A stretch of 64,000 bases of DNA from a virus: the IMG/VR virus record IMGVR_UViG_3300036760_000306, positions 1-64,000 of that record; one strand, written 5' to 3'. The notes under the pieces were generated by a model. It was not told the DNA's origin and made no database searches. It saw only the letters and a program-made list of their open reading frames with translations. Positions 19,701 through 31,111 of the stretch are shown here, in pieces; positions within the stretch are counted from its first letter, which is position 1; each line of letters starts with the position of its first letter. The translations under genes were made by a program, and so were the position numbers.

Positions 19701-21072
19701 GAACCTGGCCTATCTACTAGGCGCACATGCGGGAGACGGTTCGTTAAGCTCTGGGAGCGTGGGCTTCTGCGGACACAAGTCAGAGAAGGCCGTGCTAGCT
19801 CGCCTTCAGACTAGCTTTAAAGAAGCCTTTAATCAGGACCTAGCACTCTGGTACGCCAAAGCCACGAAGACCTTCTACCTGGATATTGGGAGTCAACCCC
19901 TTGTCAGGTGGTTTAGAGCTATAGGCTCTGATCGCGGTGAAACCGGGATACCTCCTTGTGTTCTTGAATCTTCTACGGAGTGCCAGCGTGAGTTCCTGCG
20001 GGGTCTTTGGGACACGGACGGGCACATCAATACGCAAGGTGTGCTTTCTCTGGGTCAAAAGGCATCTAAGCGTAAGACTCTAGAGGACATGCAACTTGTA
20101 CTATTGTGCTTGGGAATTGATTCCTCAATTTCACACAAAATAGAAAAGTTGAACGGTAAGGAGTACCCACAGGAGGTACTCATCATACGCTCTCGCCGTA
20201 GTCGGGAACTGTTTGCATCTTTGGTAGGCTTCACTGAACCGCATAAGCAGCGTAGGTTGGAGCACTTTGTCAACAAATTTGCAGGTTCGGATCGTAGAGC
20301 CTCGCTAGAAGAGTGGCCGGTAGCCTCTATCTATCGTCGTATGCTGTTGAGGTACGGGTGGTTCACGAAAAAAGGAGTAGAACAGCTCAAGGCCATCAAT
20401 CTGTTTATTGGGTCTAGAAAGACATTACGGCTCAGTGCTATTGCCGATCAACTGTACGGTAGTCATGGGGGTAACGAAACCCGAAAAGCCTACAGTTTGA
20501 TGCAGACGTTGGTACGTAAAAAGCTTCTTGAGCGTACTGCTCGTGGGGTGTACATGGGTACTGTTGAGCATGAGCGCTTCTACTTTCCAAGAAAGTGTAA
20601 TGCAGCCTTTAGCAAGACCAAGCGGAACCCATTGGTGGCTCGCGGGGCCATTGAAGTCGCACTAAAGACTCTGGCTGTGCGTGGTATCAGTGACCCCGAT
20701 GTGGAGTTGTTAACCAGACTCTTGGCAAACACGGTGCCCCAACGAGTTGTGTCCGTAACCCACGCGGGTGAGGGGCAGGTCTATGACTTGGAGGTCACAG
20801 GAGATCATGAGTATGCGGCAGGCGGTCTTCTGGTACATAACTGCGAGAAGACCGCAGACGTGATCACCACCACGTATCTCAACACCGATATGCGTGCCGC
20901 TGGTATGACCAAGTTCACCAACCTCAAGAACCGGGACAACCCGCTCTTTGACCCGTTCTCGGCCAATGTGAACTTCGGGTGGCGTCGTATCTCTAGTGGT
21001 AAGCGGATGGAGCCACAGGGCTTCTCAGTGGACCTCATGTCTTCGTACCTGGGCGTTACGGAACAGGTCTAA
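16780..21072 (+). CDS. dnaB: DnaB-like replicative helicase with two inteins
   Basis: SGINELD, AAFPGELK|T, YVSFEM, LVVLDH, LFQINR, CEKTAD, LKNRD; about 491 aa after splicing. Confidence 0.88.
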   Translation: MPKRLLRSIIEFDSEISSENLVRNFQRLRKAVDVGQLDWGRPEDEKLYKYALGFFIQHFELPSAQTCLDYFQSVNNVEVIERLKDVQVERPYARTNFVHLLRTLQEEQARLKAVALLKETHEILIKGIEDKKSGVVQKGVEDAILHFTKRAQEIRVNEHNVQIHGDIRQDAERMKEEYTTAENDKGKVIGVLSGINELDDSCKGAKKGELWMHAAFPGELKCVAGDATILDHATGMVRTVREMFESGALPIVTALDREGETHKLVQAQTSHLVENGVRDVYELTLASGRSLGASNNHKVFTPKGWQQLDALSAGDWVAVPSIMRAEPPRAFTDSEVKAVGYLIGDGAVDYYITLTNSCEAVREDFKGCLRDFGLQEGAADYITPNFTENFPEDRAPYIRVSHSSGLGSAAVPTSSLRALLEELGVWGCTSHTKQVPQAFLGLPDDQVALLLGALWATDGSCHTGDHEREDRESLCSRNDISYASVSRVLCLGVQALLLRLGIQSTVTTIHTTYREGPYTFYCVRVVTNPSKRVFVERIQVVGKEDRFAELQRRLPSTDNRPFPTDFIPEGMKIRWVGANGERWRYATNTKNRPSAQADTLRLFTADPTVAKALDGDLAWEQVASVRLRGQEMTYDLSVPGHHSFVVNDIVTHNTMLASNWCYNAVTRFKKNVVYVSFEMPRDQIRRNIYTIHTSNARFLNQGHQGIDYRSIRDGNLTKAEKEFYFDGVIPDFTTNPTYGTFEVVTPDREWTMEDVRSEIELLHKEFEVGLVVLDHGQWIEAKKAKKNKDYTIELNSVITDAKRLALNFDHNSGIPVLMLFQINRTGKTDADKNEGVYKMNALTYANNCLIDGTMVSTEYGLIPVSAVTTGTRVWSSCGWKNVLANYANGVRPVVEIRTDRGLVIITTADHKFRTLGPEGVQWTAAVDLVGSYALGNINVPVEGRAAILPRLEFHPYEHLERSGAAIQAPEILDKNLAYLLGAHAGDGSLSSGSVGFCGHKSEKAVLARLQTSFKEAFNQDLALWYAKATKTFYLDIGSQPLVRWFRAIGSDRGETGIPPCVLESSTECQREFLRGLWDTDGHINTQGVLSLGQKASKRKTLEDMQLVLLCLGIDSSISHKIEKLNGKEYPQEVLIIRSRRSRELFASLVGFTEPHKQRRLEHFVNKFAGSDRRASLEEWPVASIYRRMLLRYGWFTKKGVEQLKAINLFIGSRKTLRLSAIADQLYGSHGGNETRKAYSLMQTLVRKKLLERTARGVYMGTVEHERFYFPRKCNAAFSKTKRNPLVARGAIEVALKTLAVRGISDPDVELLTRLLANTVPQRVVSVTHAGEGQVYDLEVTGDHEYAAGGLLVHNCEKTADVITTTYLNTDMRAAGMTKFTNLKNRDNPLFDPFSANVNFGWRRISSGKRMEPQGFSVDLMSSYLGVTEQV
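17443..18738 (+). mobile_element. Intein 1 in the DnaB P-loop, with LAGLIDADG domain
   Basis: CVAGDA...IVTHN|T; VGYLIGDG and LLGALWATDG; 432 aa. Confidence 0.92.
19321..20841 (+). mobile_element. Intein 2 in DnaB motif H4, with LAGLIDADG domain and an extra wHTH-like insert
   Basis: CLIDGT...LLVHN|C; LLGAHAGDG and FLRGLWDTDG; 507 aa. Confidence 0.92.
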
Positions 21073-21716
21073 TGGCTCGTGACTATGAGCGTGAAGCGTA
21101 TGCCGACCACGAGCGTGGTCTAGCGATCCAGGCGTGGTTTAAGGCTCGTGTAGCCAACATTCATAGCCACGTTTCGGCGGCCGACGTGCTTTCCCGCAAC
21201 GGAGTGTCGCTTCGCAAGAGCGGCGGCCAAGAGGAACAGATTTCATGCCCTTTCCACGGTGCAGACAAGCGCCCATCGGCCCGCTACTTCCCTGAGCACG
21301 GTGACAGTCTGTCCCACGTTTGGTGCTTCGTGTGCCACAAGAGGTGGGATGCTGTTGGCTTATGGAAGCAGTTTACGGGCGAAACCAAGTTCTCAACCCT
21401 GATCTTCAACTTGGAGAAGGCGTTTGGGATCACAGCCCCCGAATACAACATCGCCCCCGGGCCAGATGAGGACTACGACCCACTAAAGGAAGAAGTCGAG
21501 CGTTTGCTGGATGCCTGTGAGAACCGGCTTCGGGAGTACAAGGATTCCTTTGACATGACAGCACACCTGAAGGTTGGGTCCATCTTGGACCAGGTCAGGT
21601 TCGGGTTGGATCGGGGCGCAGTCACGCTGACAGAGGGTCGGGGTCGGTTGCAGCAGGTCCTAGCTAAGATTGGTCAAAAGGTACGTGCCGAGAAGACTTC
21701 AGCTACCGAGCGTTGA
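21072..21716 (+). CDS. Stand-alone CHC2 (primase-type) zinc-finger protein
   Basis: ISCPFHG.DKRPSA...WCFVC; no TOPRIM domain in 214 aa. Confidence 0.8.
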   Translation: MARDYEREAYADHERGLAIQAWFKARVANIHSHVSAADVLSRNGVSLRKSGGQEEQISCPFHGADKRPSARYFPEHGDSLSHVWCFVCHKRWDAVGLWKQFTGETKFSTLIFNLEKAFGITAPEYNIAPGPDEDYDPLKEEVERLLDACENRLREYKDSFDMTAHLKVGSILDQVRFGLDRGAVTLTEGRGRLQQVLAKIGQKVRAEKTSATER

Positions 21717-22096
21717 AATGGGTTCCTTGGATCTGTACCTCATTTACGATGAGGGCGGTATTTGGGAGCTGGAGTGGCGCGAGCTTCAAGGGGTGCTGGA
21801 TCTCCCACAGGTGAGCAAAGAGGACATGGATCATGCGTTGCATGGTTGGACCAGACCCTTGGTAAACGCTTTGGGCCCACCCCCCAAGGGCATGTTGTTA
21901 AAGCTCCCGAAAACTGCTCGTAGATGTGCGCACGAAGCGACCTGTCCCTTCTACGACAAACGGCGGTGCGAGATTTTTCTCTCGAAGCTCCCGTGGTGTT
22001 TTGAGGCGGCGGGTTTGGAGGCCCCGAAACTTGTGGCCGAAGTGATCAAGCTTTGGCGTCAAGAGGTGTATGTGGTTCTGGTAAGGGAGCCGTTGG

Positions 22097-22119
<23 letters not shown>
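21685..22119 (+). CDS. Hypothetical Cys-containing protein
   Basis: Overlaps neighbours in the replication operon; CAH..CPFY...C...WCF; start uncertain. Confidence 0.55.
22065..22071 (+). promoter_or_regulatory. GGTGTAT element upstream of the polymerase gene (short leader with GGAG)
   Basis: Motif copy followed by GGGAG and ATG 22097. Confidence 0.4.
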
Positions 22120-25155
<3,036 letters not shown>

Positions 25156-25159
<4 letters not shown>

Positions 25160-25755
25160 CCCAACGACATGATCTATATGGTGAGTGCAACACGGTAGGG
25201 GCCCCGACCGAGGTTTTTACCGAGCAGTGTTGCAGGCACTGCATCAACCCGGAGTGCACTCGTAGTGCCTTTGGTAAGACCAAGTTCGACCAGCGGATTG
25301 GCACTTGGTACGACCGTCTGTTTGCCCATGTTCCCCGCATGGATCAGATGGATCCTCGGTTCGAGGGCATTGCGGCTCAGCGCTTCATGCTGATCAACCC
25401 TTCTCTAACCATCAACTCTACGGCTTCGTGGGTAGATCCCCGAGATTTGTCAGATCAGGTTGTGGTGCAGGATCCTCCAGTTCTTCCTGAACCGGTTAGG
25501 GAAGCTTCAGCACCCGCACAACCAACACCCAAAGCAGCACCCGAATTGCCAGAACCGACGGTTTCGCAACCGTCTACGGGGCGTTTGCCAACAAATCTGG
25601 TGACCGCCAACACAGCGGTACAGCAGGGGCGTATGCTTCAACCGCCACCGGGGGCCCCGAAACCGTCCAATTCTTGGGACGCGCCTGTTCCCACGACCGA
25701 CACCGATGGGGTCAAGGTGGTTAAATCGGGGGCTCGCGTGAAATTAGGCGGTTGA
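25156..25755 (+). CDS. Hypothetical protein, Cys-rich N-terminus and Pro-rich C-terminus
   Basis: ATGA overlap with the polymerase stop; CN..QCCRHCINPEC. Confidence 0.65.
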
Positions 25756-25770
25756 ATGGGGCTCTCAAAC

Positions 25771-25777
25771 GGTGTAG
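25771..25777 (+). promoter_or_regulatory. GGTGTAG element
   Basis: TAG at 25775; position +12 is the first base of the GGAGG RBS for ATG 25796. Confidence 0.55.
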
Positions 25778-25795
25778 CTAGGGGGTGGAGGATTT

Positions 25796-25969
25796 ATGCG
25801 AGGTAAGACAACTATCAAGCCGGATGGCACGATCATCACTGAGGTTCTGGAGCGTGAGGGCCAGGACTGCAAAGAAGTCATGAGGCTGACCGAGCGCATT
25901 GGTCAACAGGTCGGTGAGGAAATCACGGGACCTGATTGCGACCCCAACAACGAAACCACCATCGGCTAA
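25796..25969 (+). CDS. DUF2997-like small protein (absent from the ORF track)
   Basis: GGAGG RBS; translated by hand as MRGKTTIKPDGTIITEVLEREGQDCKEVMRLTERIG..., 57 aa; IxPDG..EV..G..C pattern. Confidence 0.7.
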   Translation: MRGKTTIKPDGTIITEVLEREGQDCKEVMRLTERIGQQVGEEITGPDCDPNNETTIG

Positions 25970-25990
25970 GGCTGAGAAAGAAGAAACGTT

Positions 25991-26317
25991 ATGTCACGAC
26001 GCATTTACTCGAAGACTTCGATCACGGACAAAGATCTGGCTCTGCAAGCATTGAAGCAGGCTGGCATCCAGTACCAGGATCAAGGCAAAACTATCCTCTT
26101 CACGTCGGGTGAGATGGCCAACGCCACCTTGGACTTGACCACGGGCACCATCTCCGGTGATTCTGACTTCGGCCACACGAAAGAGGGTTTGGTTGGGCTG
26201 CTTCGCCAGCACTACTCCGAGGCTCAGATCAAGCGTGAATACGCGAAGCTGGGTACAACCATCGACGAACGACAGACCGATGGGCAGGACGTTGTGCTCA
26301 TGTGGCACATGGCGTGA
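25991..26317 (+). CDS. DUF1257 (Ycf35-like) protein
   Basis: MS...KTSITDKDLALQAL..G N-terminus, LRQHYS; lies between DUF2997 and a Ycf46-like ATPase. Confidence 0.65.
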   Translation: MSRRIYSKTSITDKDLALQALKQAGIQYQDQGKTILFTSGEMANATLDLTTGTISGDSDFGHTKEGLVGLLRQHYSEAQIKREYAKLGTTIDERQTDGQDVVLMWHMA

Positions 26318-26583
26318 CCCGGGACGAAATTGCCGAACTTTTCGAGGACGAAAACCCTGAGGCTCTTTTGGCCGATGGGTTTGACGCCGCCTTTGTTGGC
26401 ATGGCACGTCGTTGCGGACAACCAACACTCGCTGTATACGACTACCGCTTGGGGATCAAGGTGCTGATGGAGCGCGAGGGTATGTCGCACGATGAGGCGG
26501 AGGAGTGGATGGAATTCAATGTCGTGGGTGCTTGGGTCGGGGAAAACACCCCAATGTGGCTCGTGATACCAGAGCCGGTGTAG
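26314..26583 (+). CDS. Conserved phage hypothetical protein
   Basis: DGFDAAFVG...YD...EAEEWMEFNVVGAWVGENTP pattern seen in small phage proteins; GTGA overlap. Confidence 0.65.
   Translation: MTRDEIAELFEDENPEALLADGFDAAFVGMARRCGQPTLAVYDYRLGIKVLMEREGMSHDEAEEWMEFNVVGAWVGENTPMWLVIPEPV
26577..26583 (+). promoter_or_regulatory. GGTGTAG element, leaderless spacing
   Basis: TAG at 26581, second ATG at 26593 (12 nt). Confidence 0.6.
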
Positions 26584-26589
26584 TGCGTC

Positions 26590-28137
26590 ATGATGCTTCC
26601 AGAACTAGCGTTCCATATCAAGACGTTCACGCGGCTCATCTACTTCGTCACCCCCGAAGAAGATCGCTTCCTCATTCAGCTTCAGAACGCGATGAAGGCT
26701 CACACGCCGCACGTGAAAGTCTACAATGCGGCGTTCGGTCTTATCCCGTTGACGCAGCTCATTGGTGATTGGGCCAGCAAAGCGCATGCGATCGATGGAG
26801 GCACGAATGGTATCCATGATGCCCTCATTGCGATCTACAAAGAGCCAACCCCTACGGATGCCAAGTTCTACGTCATCACGGATCCAGAACGGTGGTTGAA
26901 GGACGAACACGTTCAGCGTCGCATCCTGAACATCTTGCATCAAGTCCACAACGACACCAGCACCGTGAAAGTGCTGATCTGTGTGGGAAGTCACCGCTTC
27001 GTTCCCGAGAAACTCGCAAGGTACACAGAGGTTGTCCAAGACACCGGGCTGTCCTCAGACGAGATCTTGGGGGTCGTAACCGCGACATGCAGCCTACTCA
27101 AGATCGAACCCCCTGAGGACACCGATCGTGTGTTCAAGAGTATGACGGGTTTCGAGATACAGGCGGCTCTCATTCAGACCAAGCGGAGGGCTCGGTTTGC
27201 TGATCCCAAGCTGCTGTCCGAGTATCGGTTCAAGCAACTCCGTAAGACCGACCTGGTTCACTACATCGACACCTCTGACTACACTTTCGAGTCCGTGGGT
27301 GGGGTGGGCCGCTTCAAAAACTGGGTCAGCAAAATGAAGTCAGCTTGGACCCCAGAGGGCCAGGCGTTCGGGCTTGAGCCGCCCAAGGGTGTGCTGGCCG
27401 TCGGGGTTTGGGGTACTGGTAAGTCCCTGTCGATCAAGGCCCTGGGGCAAGCTTGGGGCCTTCCCGTGGTGCAACTGGACATGGGCCGTTTGAGGTCTTC
27501 TCGTGTGGGTGAGTCTGAGTCCAACGTGTTCCAGGCGATCAAGATCATCGAGGCGGTGGCTCCCTGTATAATCTGGATCGATGAGGCTGAAAAGAGCCTA
27601 TCGGGTGGGCAATCCTCAGGTCAAACGGACTCAGGGACCACGAGCCGTATGATCGGGGCTCTTTCGACTTGGATGCAGGAAACCAAAGCTCCTGTGTGCA
27701 TAGCGATGACCGCGAACTCGCTCAAGACCTTACCTGTTGAATTCGTGAACCGTATGGACGAGCGCTGGTTTTTTGATTTGCCGTCCCAAGAGGATCGCAT
27801 TGACATCCTCAAGATCCACCTGAAGAAGCGCAAGCAAGACCCTCGCAACTACAACCTCGCGTTGCTGGCCGAAAAGGCTGAGTCTATGGTGGGGCGTGAG
27901 ATCGAGCAATGCTTGAAGGCGGCCATGACCTTGAGCTTCGTGGGGGGTCATTCCATCCTTGATGAGACTATTCTTGGCAATGAGCTAGAGCACAAGCCTC
28001 GAATTGTTCGCACGATGGCGGACGAGATCAAGGAAACCCTCGATTGGGTGGGCTTTGATCCGAAGGTCGATGACGGGGTACGGGCACGTTTTGCGGCCGA
28101 TCCCAAGGGTCAGGATCGCAAGTTCGCGGTGGCGTGA
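26590..28137 (+). CDS. Ycf46-like AAA+ ATPase
   Basis: GVWGTGKS Walker A, IWIDEAEK Walker B, VGESE, MTAN, RMDERWFFDLP; degenerate N-terminal AAA-like region (TPEEDR); true start may be 26593. Confidence 0.88.
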   Translation: MMLPELAFHIKTFTRLIYFVTPEEDRFLIQLQNAMKAHTPHVKVYNAAFGLIPLTQLIGDWASKAHAIDGGTNGIHDALIAIYKEPTPTDAKFYVITDPERWLKDEHVQRRILNILHQVHNDTSTVKVLICVGSHRFVPEKLARYTEVVQDTGLSSDEILGVVTATCSLLKIEPPEDTDRVFKSMTGFEIQAALIQTKRRARFADPKLLSEYRFKQLRKTDLVHYIDTSDYTFESVGGVGRFKNWVSKMKSAWTPEGQAFGLEPPKGVLAVGVWGTGKSLSIKALGQAWGLPVVQLDMGRLRSSRVGESESNVFQAIKIIEAVAPCIIWIDEAEKSLSGGQSSGQTDSGTTSRMIGALSTWMQETKAPVCIAMTANSLKTLPVEFVNRMDERWFFDLPSQEDRIDILKIHLKKRKQDPRNYNLALLAEKAESMVGREIEQCLKAAMTLSFVGGHSILDETILGNELEHKPRIVRTMADEIKETLDWVGFDPKVDDGVRARFAADPKGQDRKFAVA

Positions 28138-28226
28138 GCATGTCTGTTTTTAATTGGCTGTTCGAGCAGGGGACCGCTTCTCCAAACCTACGTGCCCTGG
28201 AGGCAGTTCATTGAGGAGCGCGACGC

Positions 28227-29399
28227 ATGCCTGACTTCCTAGCCAAAGTTGATGTATCGGTCCTGACCGTGGCGAACCCGGTTGCCAGGACGCTCCTGGC
28301 TGCTCGAACGGTCATCCGAACCGTTCCGGAGATCCAAGCGCTGTTCCAGGCGGCTGCGGCGGCTCACGAGAAGGGGTGGACCGCTGGGCAGCTCGCCGAC
28401 GCCCTGTACGTCCAGTTGCCCGAGTACCTCTTGGACCCGGTGGACCTCTGGGAAACCTGCCTGTACCTCGCTGACGAGTTCTTCCAACTGGGGGAGCACA
28501 CGTTGCTCGTGTCCGCAGACACGGGGCTCGCAATCGCCAGAGTCCAAGAGGACGACATCTACCTGCCTGCCCCTGTTTCCCGTGAAACAGAGGATGGGTC
28601 GGTACGACTGGCTCAACCGCTACCCCGTCTACGCCCTGACCTGGAGGGTCTGATCGTTCAGTGGCAGTTCGACCGAGCCCAGGACCGGAAGGTGGTTCAA
28701 GGGCTGGCGGTCAAACTGCCGAGTTCTGAGCTACTGGCCCAAGAGGGGGACAACCGGCTCCTGCAAGTCACCCAGGACGGACGGAAAAGCATCGTAGACC
28801 GCTTGCGGGCTGAGCTTCCCACAATCCTTGAGAATGTGCCCGGGGTGAGTGGGGCATTGCTCAGTCTGTGCAAGTTTTGTACAACCGAGGAAGTACCTGA
28901 AGGTTTTTTGCCCTGTGCCCCTTCTATGGCGTTGGTCAGGGTGATCCGTCCGGTGGTTGACCCGTTGGCGGCCAACCTGCGACAGGACGCCTACACGGCG
29001 TTGCTTGGTCAGATCAGGTCCGGGTGGGTCCGAGACATCGCCCGAGTGTTGTCTGGGCTCGTGCATGGCTTACGGGAGGTCCAGGACGCCTCGGTGCTGG
29101 ATGCGTTGCCGGGGAGTCTGTGGATCTGCGAGCCCAACACGGCGATGGCGCTTCGTGGGAAGGTGGTGCTGCCCGTGCCTGGGGCCTCCACCACGTTGGT
29201 TCATGCCTGGCTTGACACGCCGGTCGCGTATATCTGCCCCCGAGAGGACTCGTACGCTTGCTTGTCCCGAGAGTTCTTGGGTCGCTGGGAAGTCGGTGCG
29301 GCCTTCGAGTTTTCGCTGCACCTGAATCCGCAGGCTTTCTCGGCATACCGCCTCAAGGACGTGCCCGAGTCAGGGCTTTCGGTAGAGGTGATGGCGTGA
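28227..29399 (+). CDS. Hypothetical protein
   Basis: 390 aa, GAGGAG RBS. Confidence 0.65.
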   Translation: MPDFLAKVDVSVLTVANPVARTLLAARTVIRTVPEIQALFQAAAAAHEKGWTAGQLADALYVQLPEYLLDPVDLWETCLYLADEFFQLGEHTLLVSADTGLAIARVQEDDIYLPAPVSRETEDGSVRLAQPLPRLRPDLEGLIVQWQFDRAQDRKVVQGLAVKLPSSELLAQEGDNRLLQVTQDGRKSIVDRLRAELPTILENVPGVSGALLSLCKFCTTEEVPEGFLPCAPSMALVRVIRPVVDPLAANLRQDAYTALLGQIRSGWVRDIARVLSGLVHGLREVQDASVLDALPGSLWICEPNTAMALRGKVVLPVPGASTTLVHAWLDTPVAYICPREDSYACLSREFLGRWEVGAAFEFSLHLNPQAFSAYRLKDVPESGLSVEVMA

Positions 29400-29608
29400 G
29401 CTATTACTCTATCGTAGTTTTCGCAACTACCTCTAGGCAGTACCAGGACCCCATGATTTTCATTGAGCCCGGGATGAACGTCTTTACGGTGACCACCGAC
29501 GCGATTGATGCTCTGGTGGCTAGCCTAAAGGCAGACGGGCATCGTATCGATGAGGTGAATCAGCTTGACGGGTCGGAAGCACACGTCGTCGGCCGACTTA
29601 GCTCGTGA
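29396..29608 (+). CDS. Small hypothetical protein
   Basis: GTGA overlap with the upstream stop, GAGG RBS. Confidence 0.5.
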   Translation: MSYYSIVVFATTSRQYQDPMIFIEPGMNVFTVTTDAIDALVASLKADGHRIDEVNQLDGSEAHVVGRLSS

Positions 29609-29858
29609 GGCGTTGCTGCAACATCTCCGACGGGAGCCGTCACGAATCCTGTACGCAGGCCCTATCACTCTTTGGCTCCGAGGCGGTTACAGCTTGGAGC
29701 GTGTAGAAATGCTCCTGGAGGGCTTGGTGACCGAGGGCATCCTCCGGTACGCCACGCCCAAGGAGCTTGCCACTGCTTCGCTGTGTCTTGGTTATTTCTT
29801 GACCCCCGGGGGTGTTGATAAATTACCACCGGAAGATCGTTCCTACGGGGTGACGTGA
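29565..29858 (+). CDS. Small winged-helix-like protein
   Basis: VEMLLEGLVTEGIL..YFLTPGG resembles a wHTH wing. Confidence 0.45.
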   Translation: MTGRKHTSSADLAREALLQHLRREPSRILYAGPITLWLRGGYSLERVEMLLEGLVTEGILRYATPKELATASLCLGYFLTPGGVDKLPPEDRSYGVT

Positions 29859-29861
29859 CTC

Positions 29862-29868
29862 GGTGTAT
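29862..29868 (+). promoter_or_regulatory. GGTGTAT element
   Basis: TAT at 29866, ATG at 29881 (15 nt). Confidence 0.5.
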
Positions 29869-29880
29869 ACCGGGGGTGCG

Positions 29881-30560
29881 ATGCTTGCCTATTTAGTAAC
29901 GAACCTGGCTACGGGTTCCAAATATATTGGGATCACGAAGTTTTCTTTGCGAGAACGCTGGTCCGGGCATCGTTCGTCTGCAAGACCTGGTGGCCCCTCA
30001 ACCCCTATAGCTAGGGCTTTGAGAAAGTACGGGGAAGCAGCCTTCCGTATTGAGGTAATCGCGTGCATGTTTCAGAAGGTGGGTACAACGTCACACGTGG
30101 GGGTGATGGTGCCCTTGGTCGTCCTGTTTCTGAAGAGACTAGGAAGAAGCATTCCGAGGCAGGTAAACGACAGACAGCGAACCCGGATACACGAGCGGCT
30201 ATGTCACGTTTAGCAACGATACAATGGGCATCTCCAGCATTGCGTAAACAGCAATCGCTGCGGCACAAAGGTAAGGTAATTAGCGATGCACAGAGGCTAA
30301 AGCTTTCGGTAGCGGGTAGGGGTAGAGTTGTTGGGGCAGAGACGAGAGCCAAGATTGCGGCTGCGCTTCGAGGGAAATCGCGTCCAGAACATGTGGTTGC
30401 TGCCGTTCGTGCTGCACAGACGGGGAAGAAGCATTCCATAGAGACACGTACGAAGATGTCTCTGTCCAAAAAGGGGGTTCTTAAAAGCGAGGCCCATAGA
30501 ATGGCCATACGAGAGAGTTTGATACGCTTAGCTGTTGAACGTAAGGGGGTACCCTCATGA
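29881..30560 (+). pseudogene. GIY-YIG homing endonuclease with NUMOD3 repeats, frameshifted with an internal deletion
   Basis: AYLVTN...KYIGIT...RW in one frame; GYNVTRGG and SEETRKK/HSIETRTKMS repeats in another frame from about 30063; the catalytic Glu helix appears to be missing. Confidence 0.8.
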
Positions 30561-31111
30561 GGCGCAAACGCCTGCTAGTCGATGTTGATGAAGTCTTGGC
30601 TGACTTCTGTACCCCTGTGTTCGATCTTGCCGAGAAGCTGTTTGGCAAGAAGCTGACCTCGGCGGACTTCGACACCTGGGATCTCTTTGACTACTTTCCG
30701 AAAGCTGAGCGCAAGGCCCTCTTCAATGCGATGGAGCAGCCCGGCTACTGCACATCTTTGCCACCCCTTCCGGGATCCCTTGAGGCGATCCAAGAGTTGC
30801 GGAACTACGTGGACGTGTACGTGGTGACGAGCCCGTTCCCTAGCCCCACCTGGGTCTCGGAACGCTACGCCTGGCTACACGAACACTTCAACTTCAAGCC
30901 GAGTGAAGTGATCACCACAAGCTCCAAGTTCGTGGTCGTTGGAGATGCGTTTCTCGATGACCGCCCCGACAACGTGGTGGATTGGTTGGAACACCACCCT
31001 CAGAAGACCGGGATGCTTTGGCACACTCCGAACACGACTAAAGTGGTCGAGCACAACCATCTGCGGGTGTACTCGTGGGAACAGGTTATCCAGAAAGTAA
31101 AAGCACTATGA
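30557..31111 (+). CDS. 5'(3')-deoxyribonucleotidase (NT5C, HAD family)
   Basis: LLVDVDEVLADF, PLPGS, VVTSP, FLDDRP. Confidence 0.88.
   Translation: MRRKRLLVDVDEVLADFCTPVFDLAEKLFGKKLTSADFDTWDLFDYFPKAERKALFNAMEQPGYCTSLPPLPGSLEAIQELRNYVDVYVVTSPFPSPTWVSERYAWLHEHFNFKPSEVITTSSKFVVVGDAFLDDRPDNVVDWLEHHPQKTGMLWHTPNTTKVVEHNHLRVYSWEQVIQKVKAL

Noticed and set aside
29881-30560. Programmed frameshift producing a full GIY-YIG nuclease
   Set aside because: No slippery heptamer at the junction and the intervening catalytic helix seems deleted, so a pseudogene is more parsimonious
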